Below, in pieces: positions 41,511 to 51,036 of a DNA stretch of 64,000 nucleotides; the first letter of the stretch is position 1; each line of letters begins with the position of its first letter. A program made the translations under genes and the position numbers. The DNA is from an uncultured Desulfatitalea sp. (GTDB lineage Bacteria; Desulfobacterota; Desulfobacteria; Desulfobacterales; Desulfosarcinaceae). The notes below the pieces were generated by a model that was not told where the DNA came from, made no database searches, and saw only the letters and a program-made list of their open reading frames with translations. The stretch spans positions 2,560,001 through 2,624,000 of the forward strand of contig CAXXMB010000002.1 of NCBI GenBank assembly GCA_963668675.2. Direction: 5' to 3'.

Positions 41511-42093
41511 AACCAAGATCTATCATGCTTGATCTATGCTTATTGCAGCCTCGACAAGCACCACAAGCTATATTACCTGTATGGCAGGAATGAGACCAAC
41601 AGAGCAATGAAAAGGGAATACCCGATTTTTGTACGAGTTCAACTGTTGACATATCTATAGCAGGTGCTTTGATACGAATATTGCCTTCTTGGAATCTGAG
41701 CAGCTTATCTATTAACCTAATAAATTCAACACGGCCATCAGCATGTCCGGAATCCGATTTGACTGATCCTATCAATAATGATTCAGTACCTAATTCAATT
41801 GATCGCATAGCAGCAATAGTGATCAGCAACTGATTTCTAAATGGCCACCAATCAGTAAACGGTGCATGGTGATTTGGAGGATGATTTGAAAGATCCCCTG
41901 ATCCCAGCTTGCTGCAATCTATGGTTATAATATCATGCTGGAGGTCTAATTCACTGCATATTTTTTCAGCCGCGCTTATCTCAGCTATCGCACATCGTTG
42001 ACCATAATCGATTGTGAAGCATAAATTAGGCCTCTTCCAATAGGCTAAGGCTATTGAGTCCATGCCTCCTGATAAAAGTAGAGCAGTTGTCAT
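41497..42093 (-). CDS. QueC-like (7-cyano-7-deazaguanine synthase family) PP-loop ATPase
   Basis: LLSGGMDS, DYGQR, PFRN and Zn site SC......CG.C..C; ATGA overlap with the upstream gene. Confidence 0.88.
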   Translation of the reverse strand: MTTALLLSGGMDSIALAYWKRPNLCFTIDYGQRCAIAEISAAEKICSELDLQHDIITIDCSKLGSGDLSNHPPNHHAPFTDWWPFRNQLLITIAAMRSIELGTESLLIGSVKSDSGHADGRVEFIRLIDKLLRFQEGNIRIKAPAIDMSTVELVQKSGIPFSLLCWSHSCHTGNIACGACRGCNKHRSSMIDLGYEDY

Positions 42094-43310
42094 ATCTCTC
42101 TTGCCATCCAAGCTGTCTTATATATCGCGGTTACAAGATCGTTTTCAATTATACAATTTGTCCCCTCAAGCATTTTCAAATCTTCAAATTTTTCATTTTG
42201 TACCAAACCAATTACAGGTATGCATTTGGATACAGAGTATCCGACTTCAAAAAGGGTTCCAGCATCCAATCCATCAATAATTGCAAACACTATGTCACTA
42301 TCTTCAAGTCCTTTAACATCCTCCTTTGCGACATCCTGCGCTGCCCCATGTCCAACATCATGCAACGGTGAGAAAACTTGCAAACCTTGATTTATCAACT
42401 CTCTTCGGATTTCTTCAATTAGCCACCGTTGGGCAATGGTAAAAAACGGGCCAGCTAGATAGATTTTCTTTTTAACAATACCGCTTATATCCTTTTGGAA
42501 TTCAAGCGGGACTGCAATGCTTGCTATTTCTTCATCGAATGCTTTGGGAATTGGGAGAACGCTCCAGTTACAGTAATGAGCAGTAGCTTTTAATGCACAA
42601 TCCGCCGCAACAAAAGGGTCAGATTGTTTCTCTGTCCAAAAGTGAGCATAGACAGCAGAAAAAATATCGCCCGATCCAATTGGCCAGACCTTATTAGTTT
42701 TTAAACACGGTAATAATTTATTATGTTTTTCCGTGTGAATTAAAGTCCCAAGTGGCCCCATTTTTAAAATTATGACTTCAGCTTCACTATCAGCTAAAAG
42801 CTTTGAAACTATTTTGTATGGATCATATTCCCCGGATAAAAGGCGGCCTTCATTCGCATTAAGCACTATTGACAGATGCTTGGCAGATGAACCATTATTA
42901 TGGAAACCCTCCGGGGCAGTAGCCGACTGAGGGTCATACACAACCCATTCACCTTCTACTTTTGCGTTTCCCTCGATAAAACCAAATCTAAGTATATTAC
43001 TGGCTTTTACAATAATAGTATTGGCATTAAAATGCAGATAGTTATGTGGATATATTTCGGGTCGTGATAACCCATGAAAATATTTAAACGACACAGATTT
43101 TTCATTAAGGACCGGATGCAAATTATACCCAAAAGAATTTGAGATTGCCTTAATGTCCATTAATAAATGCCGACTGATGTAGCAAAATAGATCGACTTTA
43201 TTCGATAGCTCACATAGAGCAGCTGCAGATCTGCCACCGGAACCAAAAATTTGGTTCCATTCAGGATAAATGCAAACTTCAGGATAAACACCCCCAACGA
43301 TGCTAATCAT
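42090..43310 (-). CDS. PfkB-family kinase fused to a nucleoside 2-deoxyribosyltransferase-family domain
   Basis: GSGGRSA and GSGDIFSA (PfkB); IYLAGPFF, D..G...SD and DAGTLFEVGY (NDT). Confidence 0.86.
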   Translation of the reverse strand: MISIVGGVYPEVCIYPEWNQIFGSGGRSAAALCELSNKVDLFCYISRHLLMDIKAISNSFGYNLHPVLNEKSVSFKYFHGLSRPEIYPHNYLHFNANTIIVKASNILRFGFIEGNAKVEGEWVVYDPQSATAPEGFHNNGSSAKHLSIVLNANEGRLLSGEYDPYKIVSKLLADSEAEVIILKMGPLGTLIHTEKHNKLLPCLKTNKVWPIGSGDIFSAVYAHFWTEKQSDPFVAADCALKATAHYCNWSVLPIPKAFDEEIASIAVPLEFQKDISGIVKKKIYLAGPFFTIAQRWLIEEIRRELINQGLQVFSPLHDVGHGAAQDVAKEDVKGLEDSDIVFAIIDGLDAGTLFEVGYSVSKCIPVIGLVQNEKFEDLKMLEGTNCIIENDLVTAIYKTAWMAREI

Positions 43311-43648
43311 AAGTTACTTTCTGGTCGAATTTGAACACGGCACATTCCGCCGTCCACTTTTTCTACTATAGCAACAAATATTACACCTTGCTCCAAACAT
43401 TCAATTAACTTGGCAAGTGATCTTATTGTAATTGATCCAGCGATTTTATCTTTATAAAACGCAACAACTTTAGGTGGTGCCTCATCTATTATTTGTATTT
43501 GTAGAATATCATTAGGTTTTAAATGCTGAAGCACGGATGGTGATGGTGAATTTAGTATGGTATTCTCAATTAAGTTCGTGCAATCTGCAACTCTTCCTTC
43601 CCCTCCGTCGCCAGTTCCACCGTAATCGGAGCCTCCGCCACCGCTCAT
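43307..43648 (-). CDS. Small protein with a Gly-rich N-terminal tail and a HIRAN-like beta domain
   Basis: Begins MSGGGGSDYGGTGDGG; purine-rich RBS; ATGA overlap with pfkB-NDT. Confidence 0.78.
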   Translation of the reverse strand: MSGGGGSDYGGTGDGGEGRVADCTNLIENTILNSPSPSVLQHLKPNDILQIQIIDEAPPKVVAFYKDKIAGSITIRSLAKLIECLEQGVIFVAIVEKVDGGMCRVQIRPESNL

Positions 43649-43807
43649 AGCTGCCCTCCCCTCAATTTAGTTTGTTCTATAATAGAATGATAACACCTTT
43701 TATATGAGGTTGTTTGCTGATAAATGAGTTGAAAAAGGCTAAATATTCTTACTCAATCCATTCATGTAACATTTTATTTATATTATAAAACGAATCTTAA
43801 TGAGGTA

Positions 43808-45334
43808 CTATAGAATTTTAGCTTCAATTTTAGCATTTTGATTGAAGCGCAGATTATATTCGGTCTCTAAGTATTTTTGAATCACACTAGATGCTACTAT
43901 CCTGAATTCTTCAGTGACAAAGAAATAACCTTTGAGTTTTTTTAGCTCGTAAGTAGTTTTCCATCCCTCAAGGTCAAAGAAAGCACCCATTGGGGAAATG
44001 TTGCCATCAAAAGCTATTACTGGACCGTGAACTGCTTCGTCAAAAGAGGGAGCTTTAGGAAAATTAAAATATATGTCATCAATTGTAAAATTTTCACATC
44101 CAGGTTCTTTTTTCATTTCACTTACAATCTGACTCCGAATTTCAAATCTCTTGTCCGGCAAACCACGCAGATCTTCTAATAATTTTCTCCAATTTTGCTT
44201 AACTTTATAATCAGTATTGATATTGGTTACTGACTCTTTGCTAAGGACTAAACAGCGTTTCGGTAAATCACGATTATTGATTTTATCTCTTATTATATTG
44301 AATCGTTCAGTAGTGCCTTGATTGATGGAGGAAAAAATATCGTAGTCAGTGTACTTCAAAAAATCTGTCGGATGAACAATACTTATTCTGTCGTTATTTT
44401 GGTATAAAAGTTCCAATACTATATCGTTAATCAAAATATCTGATGCAAGAACTTTTTGATGATGGTAGACAAATGAAAATAGCATCATTTTACTGAAAAT
44501 CATTTGTTCAACTGCACTAACACCTCCTTGTTCCATCACCAATCTGCATCCATAACCATCCCTGTGTAGATGTATCTTATAAAAATAGCGCTCTATATCA
44601 TATGTTATCTCTAATCCAGCCGTTCGTGCATCTCTATAAAGGTACTCCAATTTGTCTACATCATAAGGGCCATAAATTATTTCTTGTAAAAAGCGTTTTT
44701 CCTCAGATGGTGGCTCTCCAATAATAATTTTAGAAACATCTTCTAAATCGGGAATTGCATCTTTATTTGGAAATAGGAAAGCAATATTGCTGTGCCAATA
44801 TTCCAAAAAGTAGGGGTTGCTTACAATTAGATATGATAAAAACTCATGAGGTTTTGATGAAATCCCCAACGCCTTCATTACGGGTGTTATAATTGGCCCT
44901 ATGGCGTACTCACTTGCATGAGATAAAAAACAATGCCCTACATCATGTAATAAGCCAGCAAGCCTAACTGTGTATATGTCTTTATTAGTGATCTCGACAT
45001 CTTTATTGTTTTTAACTTCTGCCTTTTCTTTCAGCCTTGTTATTAATCGACCCGCTAGGATAATGACGCCTAATGTGTGACAAAACCTATTATGTACTCC
45101 AGAAGGATAGGTGAGAAATGCTGAGCCTAATTGGTGTATTTTCCTTAGGCGCTGGCAAAGTGGTGTGTCTATGAGTGCAATTTCCCATGGGTAGAAAATG
45201 CGAGACCCCCAAAGTGGATCATGAATAACCTTCATTCCAACCTTTGAGGGTTCTTTAGGTGGTAATAGATTAGTTCTTAATAATTCTGTGAGTTGTTTCT
45301 TATATTGATCAACAAGCTGATCTTTGCTCATCAT
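43808..45334 (-). CDS. HD-domain dNTP triphosphohydrolase (SAMHD1/dGTPase-like)
   Basis: DPLWG, QRLRKIHQLG, HNRFCHTLG, LLHDVGH..LSH, DVDKLEYL.RD and VYHH. Confidence 0.88.
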   Translation of the reverse strand: MMSKDQLVDQYKKQLTELLRTNLLPPKEPSKVGMKVIHDPLWGSRIFYPWEIALIDTPLCQRLRKIHQLGSAFLTYPSGVHNRFCHTLGVIILAGRLITRLKEKAEVKNNKDVEITNKDIYTVRLAGLLHDVGHCFLSHASEYAIGPIITPVMKALGISSKPHEFLSYLIVSNPYFLEYWHSNIAFLFPNKDAIPDLEDVSKIIIGEPPSEEKRFLQEIIYGPYDVDKLEYLYRDARTAGLEITYDIERYFYKIHLHRDGYGCRLVMEQGGVSAVEQMIFSKMMLFSFVYHHQKVLASDILINDIVLELLYQNNDRISIVHPTDFLKYTDYDIFSSINQGTTERFNIIRDKINNRDLPKRCLVLSKESVTNINTDYKVKQNWRKLLEDLRGLPDKRFEIRSQIVSEMKKEPGCENFTIDDIYFNFPKAPSFDEAVHGPVIAFDGNISPMGAFFDLEGWKTTYELKKLKGYFFVTEEFRIVASSVIQKYLETEYNLRFNQNAKIEAKIL

Positions 45335-45734
45335 AGATTATGGTGAAATTTTTATTAAATAGTTCTGCAATTTCATTCATAGTTTTATGGTCAGGCTTTT
45401 TCTGAGAAAACGTGTCTTCACTTAAATCGGCATCTATTCTGTACATCGAAAGCGAAGGATTTGGGCGCGTTAAATAACCTGCCTCCTGTAGCTCAATGAA
45501 GCAGTCAGCTATCTCTTTTGAATATCTGTAATCAGGGCTTTCCCTAAAGTGAACATCCTCAAAAATTACAGGATAAGATTTTTTCATCTTGAAAAAGAAA
45601 TCATGAATTTTTGGCAATGGAGAGGAAAATTTCATGCCTCTTTTTGGTAATGATCTGGACAAGATTGCCAAAATAACATCAAATAAGTTTATGTCGGGCG
45701 TATATGCGTCAAAGCGGCCAACTTTAGCATGCAT
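45309..45734 (-). CDS. Winged-helix protein (YwgA/SocA-like), partner of the HD enzyme
   Basis: AGGAGG RBS; YSKEIADCFIELQEAGYL resembles the YwgA/SocA motif; overlaps the HD start. Confidence 0.6.
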   Translation of the reverse strand: MHAKVGRFDAYTPDINLFDVILAILSRSLPKRGMKFSSPLPKIHDFFFKMKKSYPVIFEDVHFRESPDYRYSKEIADCFIELQEAGYLTRPNPSLSMYRIDADLSEDTFSQKKPDHKTMNEIAELFNKNFTIIYDEQRSAC

Positions 45735-46058
45735 TAATTGCCCTCCTTTTTGTATCATGAAATCAATGCCAAAAAAAAAGCACCGCAACATCTAGTAGGG
45801 CACTAAATGTGTGTGCTTTAAAATTAGCATAATAATTTCTATTTTTTGATAAATATATAGACCTTCGCGGGGCAAACAAGATCTAAACGTCAATAAAACT
45901 ATAAAAATAAATGCACAAAATTTTAGGCATGTCAACAACTTAATTAAGGGTTTAGGCAGCTATTGCTTAACCGGCTTCGAACCGGCCCCCTAAATGGCCC
46001 CCTTGCAAATATGACAATTATTACAATCGCAAAAGGTTATTTAACAACTTGATATTAC

Positions 46059-46135
<77 letters not shown>

Positions 46136-46216
46136 ATATTGGCCGCTGAATAGCACGCCTGGAGGGGTGACGCAAGACCATATCCCTTGGCCGACGGGTT
46201 AGCGGCATTTCAAGGA

Positions 46217-46975
46217 TCAGGGGTTTGCCGCCAGGTAAAGATCGATCCCCTTGGCGATGGCGCGGGCGATAGCGGTTTGGAATTCCGGGGAGTTGAGCGC
46301 TTTTTCGGTAGACGGATGGGTCAAATAGCCTGCCTCGATGGCCACGGCCGGCATATCCGCACCCTGCAGAACGACCAGCGGCGCCTGCATGATTTTGGCG
46401 GTCGGTTGCCCCGGCAGCATGGCCAATGCGCTTTTTAACTTCATGGCCAATTCGCGGCTGGCGGTCAGGTGGGCCATCTGAATGTGGTTCCACGCGGTGG
46501 CCGATTCTCCAGCCACGGGATCGGACGGAGACCTGCCGGCGGGTTGATAATAATAGATGCAGATGCCGTTGGTGCTGTGCAGGTAGCTTGCTGCCATATG
46601 GATGCTGATGAAGAGGGCGGCTTGGTTGTGGTTGGCGATAGCGGTGCGTTCCTGCAGAGCAATATCGTAGTCGTCGCTTCGCGTGAGGACGATGTGATAC
46701 GTCGGTTCCATGAGGTGAGTCAGCTGTCGGGCCAGTGCCAGGCACACCTCTTTTTCAACGGTACCGGCGGTACCACGGCCGCCGAGATCTCTGCCTCCGT
46801 GACCGGCATCGATGGCAACGGTTCTGCGATCGGTTTCGAACGGCGATGGCGGCTGACCCTGGGCAATGGATGACGTCCAGATCACCATCATCGCTGCTGT
46901 GAAAAAGAGGGCTGCGGACAGTGTGGTTGGCGTATTGCGGCGCCCGGTGGCCGCTTGATTTCGCTTGACACCCAT
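46217..46975 (-). CDS. N-acetylmuramoyl-L-alanine amidase (Amidase_3)
   Basis: IDAGHGG, EK, LTRSDD, FISIH and AVAIEAGYL. Confidence 0.88.
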   Translation of the reverse strand: MGVKRNQAATGRRNTPTTLSAALFFTAAMMVIWTSSIAQGQPPSPFETDRRTVAIDAGHGGRDLGGRGTAGTVEKEVCLALARQLTHLMEPTYHIVLTRSDDYDIALQERTAIANHNQAALFISIHMAASYLHSTNGICIYYYQPAGRSPSDPVAGESATAWNHIQMAHLTASRELAMKLKSALAMLPGQPTAKIMQAPLVVLQGADMPAVAIEAGYLTHPSTEKALNSPEFQTAIARAIAKGIDLYLAANP

Positions 46976-47069
46976 GTGGTTTAATATTAACTAAAATTTT
47001 TTTGTTTTGTACTTTATTTGAAAAGGGTTGAATGTCAAGGACCTAAATAGGGTTTGGGCAATAAATTTT

Positions 47070-47156
47070 GCGAGAGTGGCGGAATTGGTAGACGCACTGG
47101 ACTTAGGATCCAGCTCTGGCGACAGAGTGGGAGTTCAAGTCTCCCCTCTCGCACCA
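47070..47156 (+). tRNA. tRNA-Leu(TAG)
   Basis: GCGAGAG acceptor stem, CTGGA-CTTAGGA-TCCAG anticodon arm, long variable arm and CCA. Confidence 0.97.
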
Positions 47157-47482
47157 AATTTTATCCATCCATCCTGAAAAGTCCGTTTGTGGTGATTACG
47201 TTTCAGTCAGCCGCACGCAATGTGTGTGACCTGCCGCTGCCGTGCACGCTCCAACGATTTGCAAGGTAGATACTAACTGTGCACACGGATTGGCTTTTCA
47301 TCCAACATGGCTGGCACGCCCCGGTACTCCGCCATTGCGTTTAGAACCGCAGGACGCCGGCATGTCGCGAATGCCAAGTCGGCTGCATGGGCTTCCGGAT
47401 CTGGATGGCGCGGAAAATGCAAAGTGCCTTGAGGTGAAGCTGCTTGAGGCACTTTATTATTGGTTTAGAAAGGTATCTGGTT

Positions 47483-48835
47483 ATGAAAGTGACAGTTGAA
47501 GATCAAAGCAGCGTCAAAAAAGTGTTGCACATCGAAGTGCCCGAGGAAAAGGTGGTTTCGGAGCTCAATAAAGCGTACAGCGAGATCAAAAAAACAGCCA
47601 AAATCAAGGGGTTTCGGCCTGGTAAAGCCCCAAGATCGGTTCTCGAGCGTATGTATCGAAAGGATGTCCATGCCGATGTGTCGTCCAAACTGATTCAAGA
47701 AGCCTTTATCGAGGCGATCAGGGAGACGGAACTGAATATCGTCGGCTCTCCCGAGGTCGATCCGCCGGAGCTTAAGGACAAGAGCGCCTATGTGTTTGAC
47801 GCCAAGGTGGAGGTGAGGCCCGAGATCGCCGATATCAGCTACAAAGGCCTCGAGCTGACCAAAAGCAAGTACGCGGTGAGCGCCGAAGAGCTCGATATGC
47901 AGCTGAATATGCTGCAGCGCAACATGGCAAAGCAGAACAAAATCGAGGAAGATCGGCCAGTTGCATTGGGAGATGTGGCCGTGATCGACTACGAGGGTTT
48001 CAAGGACGGCCAACCACACGAAGCCACACCGAAAAGTGAAAATTTCGTGGTCAAGCTCGGCGAGGGTCGGGTCATCAAGGACCTGGACGATGGGATTGCC
48101 GGCATGAAGGTCGGTGAGGAGAAAGAGATCAACGCCACCTTTCCGGAGGACTATTTCGGCAAGGAGCTTGCCGGTGAGCAGATCCTTTTCAAGGTCAAAC
48201 TGAACGAAATTCGCGAAGAGGTGCTGCCCGAGATCGACGACGAACTGGCCAAGAGCCTGGGCGACCAGTTTGAGTCGCTGGAGATGCTCAAGGAGAAGAT
48301 CACCGAGAATCTGCAGGGCGGCTACGACAAGCGCGTTGAGCAGGAGCTCAACGAGCAGATTTTCAACCAGCTGCTCGATCAGACCGATTTCGAGGTGCCC
48401 GATTCCATGGTGGCTTCGGAGCTGGAGCACATTCTCAAAGAGGCCGAGCGCTCATTCGAGTACAGCAACAAATCGATGGAGGAGCTGGGGCTCTCCAAGG
48501 ATTCGATGTCCGAAAAGTACCGGCCTGTGGCTGAAAAGCAGGTGCGTCGGCACCTGATCCTCTCCAAGTTGATCGACCAGGAGAAGCTCGATTTGACCGA
48601 TGAGGAGCTTGACGAAGGGCTCAAGGAGATGGCCGCGACCTACCAGCAGCCGGTCGAGAGTATCAAGGCGTTTTACCAGCAAGACCAGAACAGCCTGGCA
48701 TTTTTTAAGCATACACTGCTTGAAAAGAAGGCGTTGGATCTTATCATTGATTCTAATGTCGTTAAGGAAGTCGATCCGGCTGAAGCGCAAGCAGTCGGTG
48801 AGAAGGCGAACGACGAAGCGGATGCAGCCTCTTGA
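47483..48835 (+). CDS. tig: Trigger factor
   Basis: GFRPGKAP ribosome-binding motif and FKBP domain; precedes clpPX. Confidence 0.96.
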   Translation: MKVTVEDQSSVKKVLHIEVPEEKVVSELNKAYSEIKKTAKIKGFRPGKAPRSVLERMYRKDVHADVSSKLIQEAFIEAIRETELNIVGSPEVDPPELKDKSAYVFDAKVEVRPEIADISYKGLELTKSKYAVSAEELDMQLNMLQRNMAKQNKIEEDRPVALGDVAVIDYEGFKDGQPHEATPKSENFVVKLGEGRVIKDLDDGIAGMKVGEEKEINATFPEDYFGKELAGEQILFKVKLNEIREEVLPEIDDELAKSLGDQFESLEMLKEKITENLQGGYDKRVEQELNEQIFNQLLDQTDFEVPDSMVASELEHILKEAERSFEYSNKSMEELGLSKDSMSEKYRPVAEKQVRRHLILSKLIDQEKLDLTDEELDEGLKEMAATYQQPVESIKAFYQQDQNSLAFFKHTLLEKKALDLIIDSNVVKEVDPAEAQAVGEKANDEADAAS

Positions 48836-48944
48836 TCTATTTCCTGTTGGGGCGATACAATATCGGAACATGCTGCGGAAGCCGTATGAAAAAGGCTGAA
48901 CACTTGCGAAAATTTAACCCTACTAGTATAAAAGGAGTCTTGGT

Positions 48945-49559
48945 GTGACGGTCATTCCAATGGTCATCGACCAAACCAGTCGCGGCGAACGGGCCTATGA
49001 CATCTATTCCCGTTTGCTCAAGGATCGGATCATATTCCTGGGCACCCCAATCAACGACGAGGTGGCCAACCTGCTTATCGCCCAGTTGTTGTTTCTGGAA
49101 TCAGAGGATCCGGACAAGGATATCAATTTTTACATCAACTCACCCGGAGGTTCAGTGACCTCGGGATTGGCGGTTTACGACACCATGCAGTACATAAAGC
49201 CGGACATTGCCACGGTCTGCATTGGCCAGGCCGCTTCAATGGGAGCCTTGTTGCTGGCCGCCGGCGCCGCCAAAAAGCGCTACTCGCTGCCCAATTCGCG
49301 TATCATGATCCATCAGCCCATGGGCGGGGCGCAAGGACAGGCGTCGGATATCGAGATTCAGGCCCGTGAGATCCTGCGCATGCGCGAAACGCTCAACAAG
49401 ATTCTCAAAGAGCACACGGGCAAGGACATGACCCAGATTCAGCAAGATACCGACCGTGACTATTTCATGTCGGGTAAAGAAGCCAGGGACTATGGTATTG
49501 TGGATCACGTGATTCGCAATCGAGAGGATCTGGACACCATCGATAAATCGGAGAAGTAA
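48945..49559 (+). CDS. clpP: ATP-dependent Clp protease proteolytic subunit
   Basis: [23 protein letters not shown] and HQP. Confidence 0.98.
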   Translation: MTVIPMVIDQTSRGERAYDIYSRLLKDRIIFLGTPINDEVANLLIAQLLFLESEDPDKDINFYINSPGGSVTSGLAVYDTMQYIKPDIATVCIGQAASMGALLLAAGAAKKRYSLPNSRIMIHQPMGGAQGQASDIEIQAREILRMRETLNKILKEHTGKDMTQIQQDTDRDYFMSGKEARDYGIVDHVIRNREDLDTIDKSEK

Positions 49560-49563
49560 CCAC

Positions 49564-50808
49564 ATGGCAAAAAAAGACGATCCCAATGACAATCTCTTCT
49601 GCTCATTCTGCGGCAAGAACCAGAAAGAGGTGAAAAAGCTGATCGCGGGACCGGCCGTCTACATATGCGATGAGTGTATTCAGTTGTGCAGCGAGATCAT
49701 CGAGGAGGAGACCGAGAAGGAGGTTGGCGAAATGGCCAACCTGATGCTCCCCAAGGAGATCAAGGTCAAGCTGGACGAGTACGTCATTGAGCAGGAGACC
49801 GCCAAAAAGATTCTCGCCGTGGCCGTCTACAACCACTACAAACGACTCGACACCAGCCTGAGCACCAGCGATGTGGAGATCCAGAAGAGCAACATTTTGC
49901 TCATTGGTCCCACCGGCAGTGGTAAGACCCTGCTGGCCCAGACCCTGGCGCGTTTTCTCAACGTGCCCTTCACCATTGCCGACGCCACCAGCTTGACCGA
50001 GGCCGGATATGTGGGCGAGGATGTGGAAAACATCATCCTTGCACTGCTGCAAAACGCCGATTACGATGTGGAAAAGGCCAAACGCGGCATCGTTTATATT
50101 GACGAGATCGACAAGATCGCCAGCAAATCAGACAATCCCTCGATCACACGCGACGTCTCAGGCGAGGGTGTTCAGCAGGCGTTGCTCAAGATCATAGAAG
50201 GTACCACGGCCAGCGTACCGCCCAAGGGCGGACGCAAGCACCCGCAGCAGGATTTCGTCAAGGTGGACACCTCCAATATCCTGTTCATCTGCGGTGGCAC
50301 TTTCAGCGGGCTGGAGCAGATCATCAAGCGCCGCCAGGGCACCAAGGCCATGGGATTCGGCGCCAAAATCGTCAAGGAGAAAGAGGCGCCCCTGGGTGAC
50401 GTCCTGCGTGCGGTGCAGCCCGAGGATCTGATCAAGTTCGGCTTGATTCCCGAATTTCTCGGCCGATTGCCGGTGATCGCCACCCTGGATGAGCTGAGCG
50501 CTGCGTCGCTGGTGCGCATCCTGACCGAGCCCAAAAACGCCCTGGTCAAGCAGTACCAGAAGCTGTTCGAGGTGGAAGGGGTCAACCTGCGCCTGACCGA
50601 CAGCGCCCTGGCTGCCATCGCCGACCAGGCCATCGAGCGCAAATCCGGCGCCCGTGGGCTGCGCGCCATTCTCGAAGGGTGCATGCTCGACATCATGTAC
50701 GAGATTCCGTCCATCGAAAATGTCAAAGAGTGCGTCATCGGCGAGGATGTGGTGATGCACAAGGAAGATCCGATCCTGCTTTACGAACAGACCAAAAAGC
50801 AGGCCTGA
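49564..50808 (+). CDS. clpX: Clp protease ATP-binding subunit ClpX
   Basis: CSFCGK zinc domain, [14 protein letters not shown] and GARGLR. Confidence 0.98.
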   Translation: MAKKDDPNDNLFCSFCGKNQKEVKKLIAGPAVYICDECIQLCSEIIEEETEKEVGEMANLMLPKEIKVKLDEYVIEQETAKKILAVAVYNHYKRLDTSLSTSDVEIQKSNILLIGPTGSGKTLLAQTLARFLNVPFTIADATSLTEAGYVGEDVENIILALLQNADYDVEKAKRGIVYIDEIDKIASKSDNPSITRDVSGEGVQQALLKIIEGTTASVPPKGGRKHPQQDFVKVDTSNILFICGGTFSGLEQIIKRRQGTKAMGFGAKIVKEKEAPLGDVLRAVQPEDLIKFGLIPEFLGRLPVIATLDELSAASLVRILTEPKNALVKQYQKLFEVEGVNLRLTDSALAAIADQAIERKSGARGLRAILEGCMLDIMYEIPSIENVKECVIGEDVVMHKEDPILLYEQTKKQA

Positions 50809-51036
50809 CGATCAGGTGAATCCCATCTTTCGGGTCCGCCCGGTGCCGCCCGGGCCGGACCCTGTTGTTTGGAGGCAGCGAAGCCCCCTCCCCCTGTATC
50901 GCCCTCCCGCCCTCGTTCGATGGGAAGCCCTGCCGACCGGCAACTTAATGCTGTACAAACGCAATTGAGATGTTAGATTAATAATTATAAGCTTGCTTTT
51001 GGACACATCATGGGACCACAGATATAGGAAGTCATA

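Noticed and set aside
41497..42093. Housekeeping queC for queuosine synthesis
   Set aside because: It lies in island cargo without queD/E/F and has a divergent WWPFRN motif, so the gene symbol was withheld.
40042..45734. Type IV CBASS, QatABCD or Dpd system
   Set aside because: No CD-NTase, TGT/DpdA, TatD or KAP ATPase is recognisable.
50831..50861. GC-rich hairpin between clpX and lon as an ncRNA
   Set aside because: A single hairpin with no family features; more likely a terminator or stability element.
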